Shown piece by piece: positions 1 to 8,983 of a stretch of 50,500 nucleotides of DNA. Position 1 is the first letter of the stretch, and the number at the start of each line of letters is the position of its first letter. The stretch is taken from the sequence record SRR20825006_1008, one strand, 5' to 3'. A program made the translations under genes and the position numbers. Under the pieces are notes generated by a model, which saw only the letters and a program-made list of their open reading frames with translations, was not told the DNA's origin and searched no databases.

Positions 1-83
1 TGCCGAAGCCAGACGGAGCCAGCCGGACGAAACCCCGGCATGCGCCGGAGAAGTGGGGAGAGGAGACTGGCGTCCCACTCCAC

Positions 84-114
84 AAAAAAGGCCGGCTCAG
101 TGGCCAGCCTTTTT
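84..114. terminator. Bidirectional intrinsic terminator downstream of trcR
   Basis: AAAAAAGGCCGGC-tcagtg-GCCAGCCTTTTT hairpin with A tract and T tract on either side. Confidence 0.75.
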
Positions 115-137
115 GGTTTGGGTTTGCGAGGGCGTGC

Positions 138-815
138 CTAGCTGAAATTCTTGAAGATGTCGTCTGCTGACACGTTGCCGCCATTGTCCTCGGCAGGCTT
201 TTCTTCGGGTTCGTAGGCGCTCGCTTCGTCCTGTGCCGGGGCAAGGCCCGGGCCTTCGAACTTCTCGGCCTTCTCGGCTTCCAGTTTGCGGCGCTTGTCA
301 GCCGATTTCGCGATCACTTCATCAAGCTCGATCTGTGTACAGAGGCCGAGCGTCACAGGATCGACCGGACGGATGTTCGGTGAGTTCCAGTGCGATTTGT
401 CCCGCACATTGTTGATGGTCGACTTGGTTGTGCCGATCAGCTTAGAAATTTGAGCGTCAGAGACTTCCGGGTGGTTGCGAATGAACCATGCCACGGCGTC
501 GGGCTTGTCCTGACGGCGGATGACCGGTGTATAGCGGCTGCCCTTGCGCTTTGGCTGTGGGATATGAGCGATCTTGGAAGCAGCCTTCTTCAGCTTGTAG
601 GCTTCATCGCCCTCGCCCTTGCGGATTTCTTCGCGCGACAGCATGCCGCCCGCAATCGGGTCAACGCCGCGCATGTTCTCGGCCACGTCGCCATCGGCGA
701 TGCCTTTGACTTCCAGATAGTGGAGGCCGCAAAAATCTGCGATTTGCGTAAAGGTGAGGCTGGTATTGTCGAGCAGCCAGACGGCGGTCGCCTTGGGCAT
801 CAGAATATCTGACAT
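138..815 (-). CDS. trcR: DUF1013 family cell-cycle transcriptional regulator TrcR
   Basis: N-terminal LMPKATAVWLLDNTSLTFTQIADFCGLHYLEVKGIADGDVA is the DUF1013 signature; start moved to MSDIL (ATG 815). Confidence 0.85.
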   Translation of the reverse strand: MSDILMPKATAVWLLDNTSLTFTQIADFCGLHYLEVKGIADGDVAENMRGVDPIAGGMLSREEIRKGEGDEAYKLKKAASKIAHIPQPKRKGSRYTPVIRRQDKPDAVAWFIRNHPEVSDAQISKLIGTTKSTINNVRDKSHWNSPNIRPVDPVTLGLCTQIELDEVIAKSADKRRKLEAEKAEKFEGPGLAPAQDEASAYEPEEKPAEDNGGNVSADDIFKNFS

Positions 816-950
816 GGGGAACTCCCTGAATGAAATGGCCGCCAGAAATGCAGCCGCCCGACACATCGTGCCGGGCGGTCGGGTTTCAGACGTGCCTTAA
901 ACCTTGCTGGCCTTATAATGCCATGTCTGGGAAATTGAAAGCCGTGTGCT

Positions 951-1928
951 TCACCAGACCAGCACAATCTTGCCGGAATGGCCGCCCTTGGCCATCAGGG
1001 CCTGAGCGGCTTCGGCTTCGGCCACCGGGAACGCCTGTTCCAGGATTGGCCGGATTTTGCCGGAGACGACATGGGGCCAGAAATCCTGCTCGACCGCATC
1101 GCGGATGCGGCGCTTCTCCTCGACCGGCCGGGCCCGCAGGGTCGTGGCGGCAAGGGTCAGGCGTTTCATCAGGACGGGCGCGAAATTCACCTCTGCTGTG
1201 AAGCCGTTCATATAGGCGATATTGATGATCCGGCCATCCGGGCGGGAAACCGAGATATTCTTCTGGATGTAATCCCCGCCCACCATGTCGAGCGTGACGT
1301 CAACACCGCCATCTTCCTTGACCACTTTCTCGAAATCTTCGGTTTTGTAATTGATCGCGCGATCTGCGCCGAGCTCTCTGGAGAGCGCGCATTTGTCGTC
1401 TGATCCGGCGGTTGCGTAGATTTTTGATGCGCCAGCGATCCTGGTCATTTGCAGCGCCATGACGCCGATCCCGCTGGTTCCGCCATGACACAGGAAGGCT
1501 TCACCCTTCTGGAAGTGAACCCGGTCGAATACGTTCGCCCACACCGTCATCAGCGCTTCCGGGAAGCAGGCAGCATTTACCATGTCCATGCCGTCTGGAA
1601 CGGGGAAAAGCGAGCCTTCGTCGACCGCCGCAAACTCGGCATAGCCACCCCCGGCGAGAAGGCCTGCAACCCGGTCGCCGGTCTTGAATCGGCTGGTGCC
1701 ATCTGACGTTTCCACAACAGTGCCGGAAACTTCCAGACCCATGATGGGGGAGGCGCCGGGGGGCGGCGGATAGGCGCCGCGGCGCTGAACCAGATCTGCC
1801 CGATTGAGACCCGAAGCGGCCACTTTGACCAGCACTTCACCCGGCTTCAGGTTCGGTTTCTCAAAATCGCCGAGCTTGAGCGGCGCGCCCTCTTCAACCA
1901 GGACGGCTTTCATCATTTCTGTTGCCAT
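951..1928 (-). CDS. NAD(P)H-quinone oxidoreductase (MDR/PIG3 family)
   Basis: GLNRAD..QR.G.YPPPPG, GGGYAEF and HGGTSGIG motifs; start MATEMM at 1928. Confidence 0.9.
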   Translation of the reverse strand: MATEMMKAVLVEEGAPLKLGDFEKPNLKPGEVLVKVAASGLNRADLVQRRGAYPPPPGASPIMGLEVSGTVVETSDGTSRFKTGDRVAGLLAGGGYAEFAAVDEGSLFPVPDGMDMVNAACFPEALMTVWANVFDRVHFQKGEAFLCHGGTSGIGVMALQMTRIAGASKIYATAGSDDKCALSRELGADRAINYKTEDFEKVVKEDGGVDVTLDMVGGDYIQKNISVSRPDGRIINIAYMNGFTAEVNFAPVLMKRLTLAATTLRARPVEEKRRIRDAVEQDFWPHVVSGKIRPILEQAFPVAEAEAAQALMAKGGHSGKIVLVW

Positions 1929-2021
1929 ATCGCTTGTGTTTTCCCTTCTGACTCCAGAGTCGCATCTAGGCAGCGTTTCTGCTTTGATAAGGGCTGTAAC
2001 ACGAATTGAAGGGTGACCCCC

Positions 2022-2207
2022 ATGGCCGCATCTGATGAAGAGCCAATTCTGGTCAACACACCACAGACGCTGGAGCAGATGTCGGTGCAGGAATTGCATG
2101 AACGTATAGAAGCGCTCCAAGCAGGCATCGCAGCCTGCGAAGCGGAGATCGAGAAGAAGAAGTCGCAGAAATCTGCGGCGGATGCCCTGTTCGGGGGCGG
2201 CAATTAA
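2022..2207 (+). CDS. DUF1192 family small coiled-coil protein
   Basis: LEQMSVQELHERIEALQA..AADALF pattern; typical position upstream of rcdA. Confidence 0.8.
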   Translation: MAASDEEPILVNTPQTLEQMSVQELHERIEALQAGIAACEAEIEKKKSQKSAADALFGGGN

Positions 2208-2270
2208 GCGGGTGGAAAGGCTGGATTGATAAAGTCCAAATTTCCACCCCCGCGTATAGAGGTATCATTC

Positions 2271-2819
2271 ATGGCGGCAGACACGTCACCAGACGATCAG
2301 CTCGACATCCAGGACGGGTTTACCGGCGGCAAGCTGTTTGACACGGTTTTTGCGCGCGGCATGGCACTCGTTGAAGAAACGGCCTCCTATCTGGACGGTC
2401 CGGGTCGCGAGGCTGCGACGACCTTGCCCCGTGAAGCTGGCCTCACCTATTCGGCCTGGAGCATGGAACTGACGACGCGCCTGATGCAGGCGGCGAGTTG
2501 GCTGGTGATGCAGAAAGCTGTGCGCGATGGCGAAATGCGTCGCGACGAGGCTGCGGCTCGCAAGTACCGAATCCGCCGCGAAGAGCCGGCCCTGGACGCG
2601 GCGGCACAGCAAGGTCTGGGCCTGCCGACGCGGTTCCTGGATCTGGTTGCGCGGTCGGAAGCCTTGTTCGAGCAGATTTGCAGACTGGATGACGCGCTCT
2701 ATGGCCAGTCCCGCAAACCGATGGCCGCCAATCCCGTGATCGATCAGATCAGCCAATTGCAACGGGCTGCCGAAACCGGCGCGTTTGACCCGTTGATGGT
2801 GTGGCACCGCGCCAAATAA
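2271..2819 (+). CDS. rcdA: Regulator of CtrA degradation RcdA (DUF1465)
   Basis: GMALVEETASYLDGPGR and SMELTTRLMQAASWL motifs; GAGG upstream of ATG 2271. Confidence 0.88.
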   Translation: MAADTSPDDQLDIQDGFTGGKLFDTVFARGMALVEETASYLDGPGREAATTLPREAGLTYSAWSMELTTRLMQAASWLVMQKAVRDGEMRRDEAAARKYRIRREEPALDAAAQQGLGLPTRFLDLVARSEALFEQICRLDDALYGQSRKPMAANPVIDQISQLQRAAETGAFDPLMVWHRAK

Positions 2820-2835
2820 GGCGCACTTTTTCCAA

Positions 2836-3894
2836 TCAGGCTTCTTCGACCCGGTCGGTGGCTGATCCGATCAGCTGGCCGCCCCGGCTGAGTTCCGCGC
2901 CCTTGAGGCGGAACCTCATCGGTCGACGATAGAGCGCCTTGAGCGGGGTCCGACGCACGAGCCGGTGAAACGCCAATGACAAGGCGATCGCGATCAGGCC
3001 AATCGCCAGGCTGGTAAGGCCGGGCTCTGGTAGGAGACCACTCCGGGCCAGCAGGGTTTGCGCGGCCGTCATGGGCAGGAAATAGGTCAGATAGATCACG
3101 AACTGCGCCCGCCCGATATATTGCATGGCCGCGCCATGCCGCGTGTTGGCCAAGCGTGTCGCCAGGGCGATCAGGGCAAACGCGCCAGCAAAGCCGAGCA
3201 CCAGGCTGATAATGGGCAATGTGGCCGTACCCTGCGCGACCAGGACCGTGTTGATGGCGGCCCAGATGATCAGTGCGACCGGTACATCCGAGAAGCCCTC
3301 GGACAAGCGGGCTGCAAACCGGCGGAACAGGTTTGCTCCGTGATAGCCTGCGAAGAAGAAGACGAAATACTGCGCGAAAGTATCAATTACGAGCCAACCC
3401 GTCTGGATCATGCCGGCCGCATGCGCCGTCTGGAGCAGGGCGGCCACAAGCAGGATTTTCGTCGGTGCGCTACGGCGTGCGAGCCATGTGGTGAGATGAA
3501 ACAGCGCCAGCATGGGCAGGATCCAAAGCCCCGATGTGGGCTGTGCCAGACCGCTCAGCATTGAGCTCGCAATGACAAGCGGGTTTGACGTGACGTGCGG
3601 TGCGTAGAGGATGACGGTCTGGATGATCAGCCAAACGACGTAGAAATAGACGAATCGGAGCACTTTTCGATCGAAAAACGTCGATTTCGATCCGAATAGC
3701 GTACGGGGAAGGAACAAGCCGGACATGATGAACAGCGTCGGCAGGATGATGGGAGCTGCCCAGGCGGCGGCAAAGTGCATCCAGTTGGACTGGCCCGTCA
3801 TGGCGACATACCCGTAGACAGACTGCGCCAGGACAAACCCGATAATGCAAACGCCCTTGGCGTAATCGATCCAATTGATGCGTGTAACAGACAT
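2836..3894 (-). CDS. Acyltransferase family 3 membrane protein (YcfT-like)
   Basis: RINWIDYAKGVCI start, P.LF..SGLF motif, multiple TM segments. Confidence 0.8.
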   Translation of the reverse strand: MSVTRINWIDYAKGVCIIGFVLAQSVYGYVAMTGQSNWMHFAAAWAAPIILPTLFIMSGLFLPRTLFGSKSTFFDRKVLRFVYFYVVWLIIQTVILYAPHVTSNPLVIASSMLSGLAQPTSGLWILPMLALFHLTTWLARRSAPTKILLVAALLQTAHAAGMIQTGWLVIDTFAQYFVFFFAGYHGANLFRRFAARLSEGFSDVPVALIIWAAINTVLVAQGTATLPIISLVLGFAGAFALIALATRLANTRHGAAMQYIGRAQFVIYLTYFLPMTAAQTLLARSGLLPEPGLTSLAIGLIAIALSLAFHRLVRRTPLKALYRRPMRFRLKGAELSRGGQLIGSATDRVEEA

Positions 3895-3950
3895 GCAATG
3901 CCCCCGAAAACTTCAGGAGCAGCTCTGCAAATTTCACGCCATACGCGAAA

Positions 3951-4550
3951 TCAGCTCGCGGCGTACACTTTCAGGAAGTTTGCGGACTGGGCACTACAAA
4001 AGCCCTCCCGCACAGGTGCGCGCATGATCAGAATACGGTGCCAGAGAGGCCCCAGCATTTCTTCAATCGCTTCATCAAGATCGAAATCACGTCGAATCAC
4101 GCGTTTTCCGGCCAATTCGGCGAGGAGCATGCGCATGGGCATACGAATGTCGCGGTTCATCCAGGCGCGCCACAATTCGCCAGCATCCTTGTCGTCAGCA
4201 GCGGCCGTCAAGGCGACCCGCAGAACCGCGTGCCCGGCTCCGGTACGTGCGGCGGCCTCCAATGGCACGATGAGCGTGGTAATCCGTTCTTGCGGATCGC
4301 GCCCGCCATCCGGACTGTCGGGGATCAGGGCCAAAGCCGCATCGACACACATCGCGCCGATTGACGGCCACCATTTGTAGATGGTCTGTTTGGATGCGCT
4401 GGCACGTTTGGCGACGCCATCTACGCTGAAGCCGCGCCAGCCATTCTCCGCCATCTCTATGCGTGTTGCGTCCAGAATGGCGGCCTTGGACGCTTCACTG
4501 CGCGTCGGCCCCTTCCGGGAAGACTTGCTGGTCTCCGAGGGCGTGGGCAT
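3951..4550 (-). CDS. TetR/AcrR family transcriptional regulator
   Basis: AILDAT...FSVDGVAKRASASKQTIYKWWPS helix-turn-helix; start 4550 or 4556. Confidence 0.88.
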   Translation of the reverse strand: MPTPSETSKSSRKGPTRSEASKAAILDATRIEMAENGWRGFSVDGVAKRASASKQTIYKWWPSIGAMCVDAALALIPDSPDGGRDPQERITTLIVPLEAAARTGAGHAVLRVALTAAADDKDAGELWRAWMNRDIRMPMRMLLAELAGKRVIRRDFDLDEAIEEMLGPLWHRILIMRAPVREGFCSAQSANFLKVYAAS

Positions 4551-4701
4551 GAACAACTCCAGTTTCTTGAATGCTGCGCTGCACTAGGTACAGCTTTTGT
4601 CAGCCAAGCATAAGGGTGAAGTAGTAAACAAACTCCCGTTTCCGCTTGCCGCGACTGCAATATGCACTAGTCAGTGCTACAGAGAAACAGGAGTTGTTGG
4701 C

Positions 4702-5325
4702 ATGAATACGGTCGAGGATCTGCTGCAAGGGTATCGCAGCTTCCGGAAGGGAATCTACTCAAAACAGGCTGCATTGTATCGGGAACTGGGCGAAGGCCAG
4801 AATCCGCGCATCATGCTGATCGCCTGCGCCGACAGCCGGGCCGAGCCTTCGGACATTTTCAATGCCGCGCCGGGCCAATTGTTCGTCGTCCGTAACGTTG
4901 CCAATCTCGTGCCGCCCTATCAGCCGGATGACGGCCTGCACGGCGTGAGCGCCGCCCTCGAATATGCGGTCAACGTGTTGAAGATAGAGCACATCGTGGT
5001 GATGGGACATGGCGGATGCGGCGGTGTCGCGGCCTCTTTGGCCGGGGAAGGCACACCGGAAATCGGCGAGTTCGTGACGCCTTGGGTACGCTTGCTGGAA
5101 GCGGCACGCGCGCGCGTTGTGGAAAGCGGATCGGTCAATCCGCAATTTGCCCTCGAATTGGAAGGTGTCGAAACGTCTCTCGGAAACCTGATGTCGTTTC
5201 CATTCGTGAAGCGGGCGGTCGAGGCGGGCGAGTTGGAACTGCACGGCGCCTGGTTTGCGATCAAGCATGGCGAACTGCACTGGCGGAACCCGAAAACCAG
5301 CCGGTTTGAGGTGATCGAGCCCTGA
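4702..5325 (+). CDS. Beta-class carbonic anhydrase
   Basis: GQNP, CADSR, RNVANLVPP and GHGGCGG zinc motifs; AGGAG RBS before ATG 4702. Confidence 0.93.
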   Translation: MNTVEDLLQGYRSFRKGIYSKQAALYRELGEGQNPRIMLIACADSRAEPSDIFNAAPGQLFVVRNVANLVPPYQPDDGLHGVSAALEYAVNVLKIEHIVVMGHGGCGGVAASLAGEGTPEIGEFVTPWVRLLEAARARVVESGSVNPQFALELEGVETSLGNLMSFPFVKRAVEAGELELHGAWFAIKHGELHWRNPKTSRFEVIEP

Positions 5326-5343
5326 TTCGCCCCGGAGTGGCGG

Positions 5344-5967
5344 TCAGTTTCCACTGGTCATAAGCGCCGCGAACAGAGCCGATACCAGCATGGCGGACGC
5401 GGCCAGGCGATTGAACCATTTCGTGAAGACGGGCGACTGGAACCGGCGGTTCATGGCGTCTGCAAGCCAGGCATAGAAGGCGAGGCCGAACATTTCGGTG
5501 ATGGTCACGGTTAGCATGATCAGCAAGGCTTGCTGGACGACCGGCTTGTCCGGATCGAAATAGCTTGGCAGCAACAGGCCGAAGAAGACGAGCGCATTCG
5601 GGTTGAGCAATTGCAGGCCAACGCCGCGACCAAACAAATTGGACTTCGCAGGCGCCTGATCTGCGCGGGCGCGAGGCCGGTGCGGGTCTGCGGTGGCCAT
5701 TGTCCAGGCCAACCAGGCAATGAAGCAGATGCCGGCAATCTTCAGGCCCATCAGCACGAGCGGGGCCTGCGCCGCAAAGGTGGCGATGCCGGTTGCGGCG
5801 AGGGAAATCCAGACAAGATTGGCGGCGGATACACCTGCGGCAGGGACCAGCGCGGTCGGCGCGCCATAGCGCAAGGATGCGCTCATCACCATCATGACGG
5901 CCGGGCCGGGGGTCAGGCCGCCAGCGAAGAACAGCGCCATCAGCGCGAGCCAGACTGACAGGTCCAT
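5344..5967 (-). CDS. LysE/RhtB family translocator
   Basis: TPGP motif, NPNALVFF motif, hydrophobic. Confidence 0.88.
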   Translation of the reverse strand: MDLSVWLALMALFFAGGLTPGPAVMMVMSASLRYGAPTALVPAAGVSAANLVWISLAATGIATFAAQAPLVLMGLKIAGICFIAWLAWTMATADPHRPRARADQAPAKSNLFGRGVGLQLLNPNALVFFGLLLPSYFDPDKPVVQQALLIMLTVTITEMFGLAFYAWLADAMNRRFQSPVFTKWFNRLAASAMLVSALFAALMTSGN

Positions 5968-7140
5968 TCAGCGCGCCTCCAGCGCGGAAAGGGGAATTCG
6001 GGTCAGTTCGACGTTTTCCTTGTTTGCGGTGTAGGCAATGAAGAGGAAATCGCCTGCGACCCAGCTTTTCGGATAATGATAGCCCGGCCGCTTGTAGAGG
6101 CCCTCGGTGCGCAGGGGCTGCAGGTCATCGGCGCCGCGCAGGAGAAAGGCGCGGTCGAACACGTGGCCATCTTCTGACAGCGACAGGACGAGGGGAATGC
6201 GCAGTTTGTCGCCTTTTGGCGCGTGAACGAGAAAGGCGGTGCCACCGGGTAAATTGCCCGCGCTTTGCTTCGTGCGTGCATCAGGCATGGCAGTCAGCTG
6301 CGGATGGCTCCAGCTTGCTCCGCGGTCGCAGCTTTCCGATGCAAGCTGGCGAAAGCTCGACGCCTGATCGCGGAAGACCATGACAAGACAGTCGCCGCGT
6401 TGAAACAGGCTGGGCTCCAGCTCCCGGCTCATGGGCGGGTCAGAGGGAAGGTTCTCGAACGCGCCAGCCTGCCATCCCGTCAATCCGAGCGGGTCGTCGG
6501 TGTAGAAGGGGCGCGCCCGGATACCGGGGCGCACATGGAAGGCGGTGTGAAGGCGGCCGTCATACAGGTGCGGATCCTGCTCGATCACGCCATTCACCGG
6601 CATTCCGTCTGCGCCGAGCACGGGGCGGGGCTCGGACCAGGTTTCGCCGTCATGGCTGAGGCGATAGGCGGTGTAGCCGCCGGTGCGTTTGTGGAAGCCT
6701 TCCGGCCAGACATTGATGAAAGCGACAAGCGTTTCGCCATCGGTCCACCAGCCGCCGCTGGAGCGGATCTCTTCGTCATCAGACGGTGTGGTCAGGGGAC
6801 GCGGCGCGCTCCATTGATCGCCATTGTCGTCGCTGACTGAATAGGCAACCCATGTGTCCGGGGCGTCTTCATCGCGGGCCGAGCTTTGCCATTGAACGAA
6901 GACGCGGCCCTTGAAGGAGATGGGCACGGCGCCATTGCTGAACTGGTCCGTGCCGGGGCCGGGCCGAAATACGGTGATGGTCTTCGCGCCGGGCAGGGGC
7001 GAGAGGCCGAGATCGGGCGCTGAGGCGTCATACAGATCGGCCGCCGGTGCATGCAGCGCCGACGGCCGGTCTTGCAATTGGGTGCAAGCAAAAAGCGGCA
7101 GGATCAGGCAAAGTGCGAACAGGCGTTCAAACATTTGCAT
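5968..7140 (-). CDS. BNR/Asp-box (sialidase-like) beta-propeller lipoprotein
   Basis: Lipobox LFAC; Asp-boxes SDDNGDQW, SHDGETW, SCDRGASW, SEDGHVF; GYHYP motif. Confidence 0.75.
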   Translation of the reverse strand: MQMFERLFALCLILPLFACTQLQDRPSALHAPAADLYDASAPDLGLSPLPGAKTITVFRPGPGTDQFSNGAVPISFKGRVFVQWQSSARDEDAPDTWVAYSVSDDNGDQWSAPRPLTTPSDDEEIRSSGGWWTDGETLVAFINVWPEGFHKRTGGYTAYRLSHDGETWSEPRPVLGADGMPVNGVIEQDPHLYDGRLHTAFHVRPGIRARPFYTDDPLGLTGWQAGAFENLPSDPPMSRELEPSLFQRGDCLVMVFRDQASSFRQLASESCDRGASWSHPQLTAMPDARTKQSAGNLPGGTAFLVHAPKGDKLRIPLVLSLSEDGHVFDRAFLLRGADDLQPLRTEGLYKRPGYHYPKSWVAGDFLFIAYTANKENVELTRIPLSALEAR

Positions 7141-7153
7141 CCCGCCGCTGCGA

Positions 7154-7690
7154 TCAGGCGCCTTCTGCCTGGCCGCGCTTGACGGCGGCTTCGATCAGTT
7201 CGCGGGCTTTCTCGATACCGTACCAGCCTTCGATCCGGGTCCACTTGCCTTTTTCGAGATCCTTGTAGTGCTCGAAGAAGTGCGCGGTCTTGTCGATCAG
7301 GGTCTGCGGCAGGTCGTGATAGGTCGCGATCTTGTCGTAGTATGACGTCAGCTTGTTGTGCGGCACGGCGAGGATCTTCTCGTCCGGGCCCTTGTCGTCG
7401 GTCATCATCAGAACGCCGACGGGACGGGCGCGCACGACCGAGCCCGGCACCAGTGGACGATTGCCGACAACCATCACGTCGATCGGGTCGCCGTCGAGGC
7501 TGAGTGTGTGCGGCACGAAGCCGTAATTACAGGGATAGCGCATCTCGGTGTAGAGATAGCGGTCCACGAACATCGCGCCGGAATCCTTGTCGATCTCGTA
7601 TTTGATCGGGTCGCCGCCGAGCGGGACCTCGATGAGCACATTGATGTCGTCTGGCGGATTGTCGCCGGTTTTGATTTTGGAAAGGTCCAT
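7154..7690 (-). CDS. ppa: Inorganic pyrophosphatase
   Basis: KYEIDK, YPCNYGFVPHTLSLDGDPIDV, HFFEHYKDLEKGKW; start MDLSK at 7690. Confidence 0.95.
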   Translation of the reverse strand: MDLSKIKTGDNPPDDINVLIEVPLGGDPIKYEIDKDSGAMFVDRYLYTEMRYPCNYGFVPHTLSLDGDPIDVMVVGNRPLVPGSVVRARPVGVLMMTDDKGPDEKILAVPHNKLTSYYDKIATYHDLPQTLIDKTAHFFEHYKDLEKGKWTRIEGWYGIEKARELIEAAVKRGQAEGA

Positions 7691-7862
7691 AAGACGGCTC
7701 GCATCTGGCTGGAAGGTTGAAACACGGTGTGGGGTGGCGATGACGCCTGAAACAGATTGCGTCAAGAGTGGCAGTGACGCGGGAGGGTTAATGCAGCTTT
7801 TGTGCCCGAATGCTTCCCACTCGCCCAAATGGGGTTACTCTGCCGTCTGGGAGGTACACCAA

Positions 7863-8273
7863 ATGCATTCAACACTTATTCTTTGTAGCGCGGCGCTGGT
7901 CATTCTGACCCTGTTGCTGGGCTTTTGGGTTTCGATCACGCGGGGGCGCACCAAGACCATCGCCTATGGCGCAGCGACAGATCCGACGGGGCCGATGATG
8001 AAAGCCGAGCGGGCGCATGGAAATGCCGCTGAATATACTGCGCTTCTGGTCGGGCTTTTTGTCATCACCGGCTTTGCCTATGCGGGGCGCGACCTTGGAA
8101 TCGCCGTGACGAGCCTTGTTGTGGCGATCACCCTGTCTCGTTTTCTGCATGCGCTCGGCTGTCTGGTCTGTGCAACGCTGGAAAAGCCGCATCCGCTTAA
8201 AGTCCTCGGTGCGCTCGTCACCTATGTTGGCGGACTGGCGCTGGCGATCATGGTGATTGGAAAAGTGCTGTAG
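7863..8273 (+). CDS. MAPEG family membrane protein
   Basis: RAHGNAAEY motif, R.LH.LG, four TM helices; GGAGG RBS. Confidence 0.85.
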   Translation: MHSTLILCSAALVILTLLLGFWVSITRGRTKTIAYGAATDPTGPMMKAERAHGNAAEYTALLVGLFVITGFAYAGRDLGIAVTSLVVAITLSRFLHALGCLVCATLEKPHPLKVLGALVTYVGGLALAIMVIGKVL

Positions 8274-8280
8274 GCGCCCG

Positions 8281-8895
8281 TCAAACGCGCTTCAGGGCGT
8301 AATTGAAACTGATCGAGAGTCGCGGTTCCTCGCCCATATTGGCGGGGACTTCATGGCGCAGCCAGCTTTCCCACAGGATGGCGTGGCCGACTTCGGGCTC
8401 AAGATAGACAAAGCGACGGCGGTCTTCTGGCGCGTCATCGCGCAATTGCGGCGCGGCCATCATGCGCGACAGGCGCGGGTCTTCCAGTTTCAGCCGAGAC
8501 GCGCCGTCTGGCGTGGAGACGTAATAGGTTCCTGAAATCACGCTGCCGGGGTGGATATGATTGGAGTGGCCAAAGCCGGGCTCCAGAATGTTCACCCAGA
8601 TCGCGTCGAGTTCCAGGGTGAAACCCTCCATGTCCCAGTCGAGTTCCGTCGCAAAGTCAGCCGCGACGGTATCGAGCAAGGCTTTCAGCTCCGCAAATTC
8701 CGGGAACCGGTCCGGCAAGTCGTCGAGAGATGCGTAGGATGTGTACCCGCCATAGCCTTCGGTCTCGCACCACGCATTCCCGGCGGCGTCATCCTCGGCC
8801 AGCACCCAGCAGACATGTTCGAGCCGTGTCGCCAGATCGCTATCGCCAACGGGCTGGGTCCGCACCAAAGTGGGGAAGAGGGTCTTTGTGGTCAT
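8281..8895 (-). CDS. 2OG-Fe(II) oxygenase-like protein (TIGR02466 family)
   Basis: WVNILEPG..H..HIHP.SVISGTYYV, WESWLRHEV, RLSISFNY. Confidence 0.85.
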   Translation of the reverse strand: MTTKTLFPTLVRTQPVGDSDLATRLEHVCWVLAEDDAAGNAWCETEGYGGYTSYASLDDLPDRFPEFAELKALLDTVAADFATELDWDMEGFTLELDAIWVNILEPGFGHSNHIHPGSVISGTYYVSTPDGASRLKLEDPRLSRMMAAPQLRDDAPEDRRRFVYLEPEVGHAILWESWLRHEVPANMGEEPRLSISFNYALKRV

Positions 8896-8923
8896 GGGCC
8901 GCTCTTTAGACGGAGCAAGGCGC

Positions 8924-8963
8924 AAAAGAAAGAGCCCGCCACCTTCTGCAAGGTCGCGGGCTC
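8924..8963 (-). terminator. Intrinsic terminator of the methyltransferase gene
   Basis: GAGCCCGC...GCGGGCTC stem followed on the minus strand by TTTCTTTT. Confidence 0.6.
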
Positions 8964-8983
8964 ATCTTCAGAACTTGGCCGCT

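Noticed and set aside
25-33. GGACGAAAC resembling a hammerhead ribozyme core
   Set aside because: No CUGANGA partner or stem II visible nearby.
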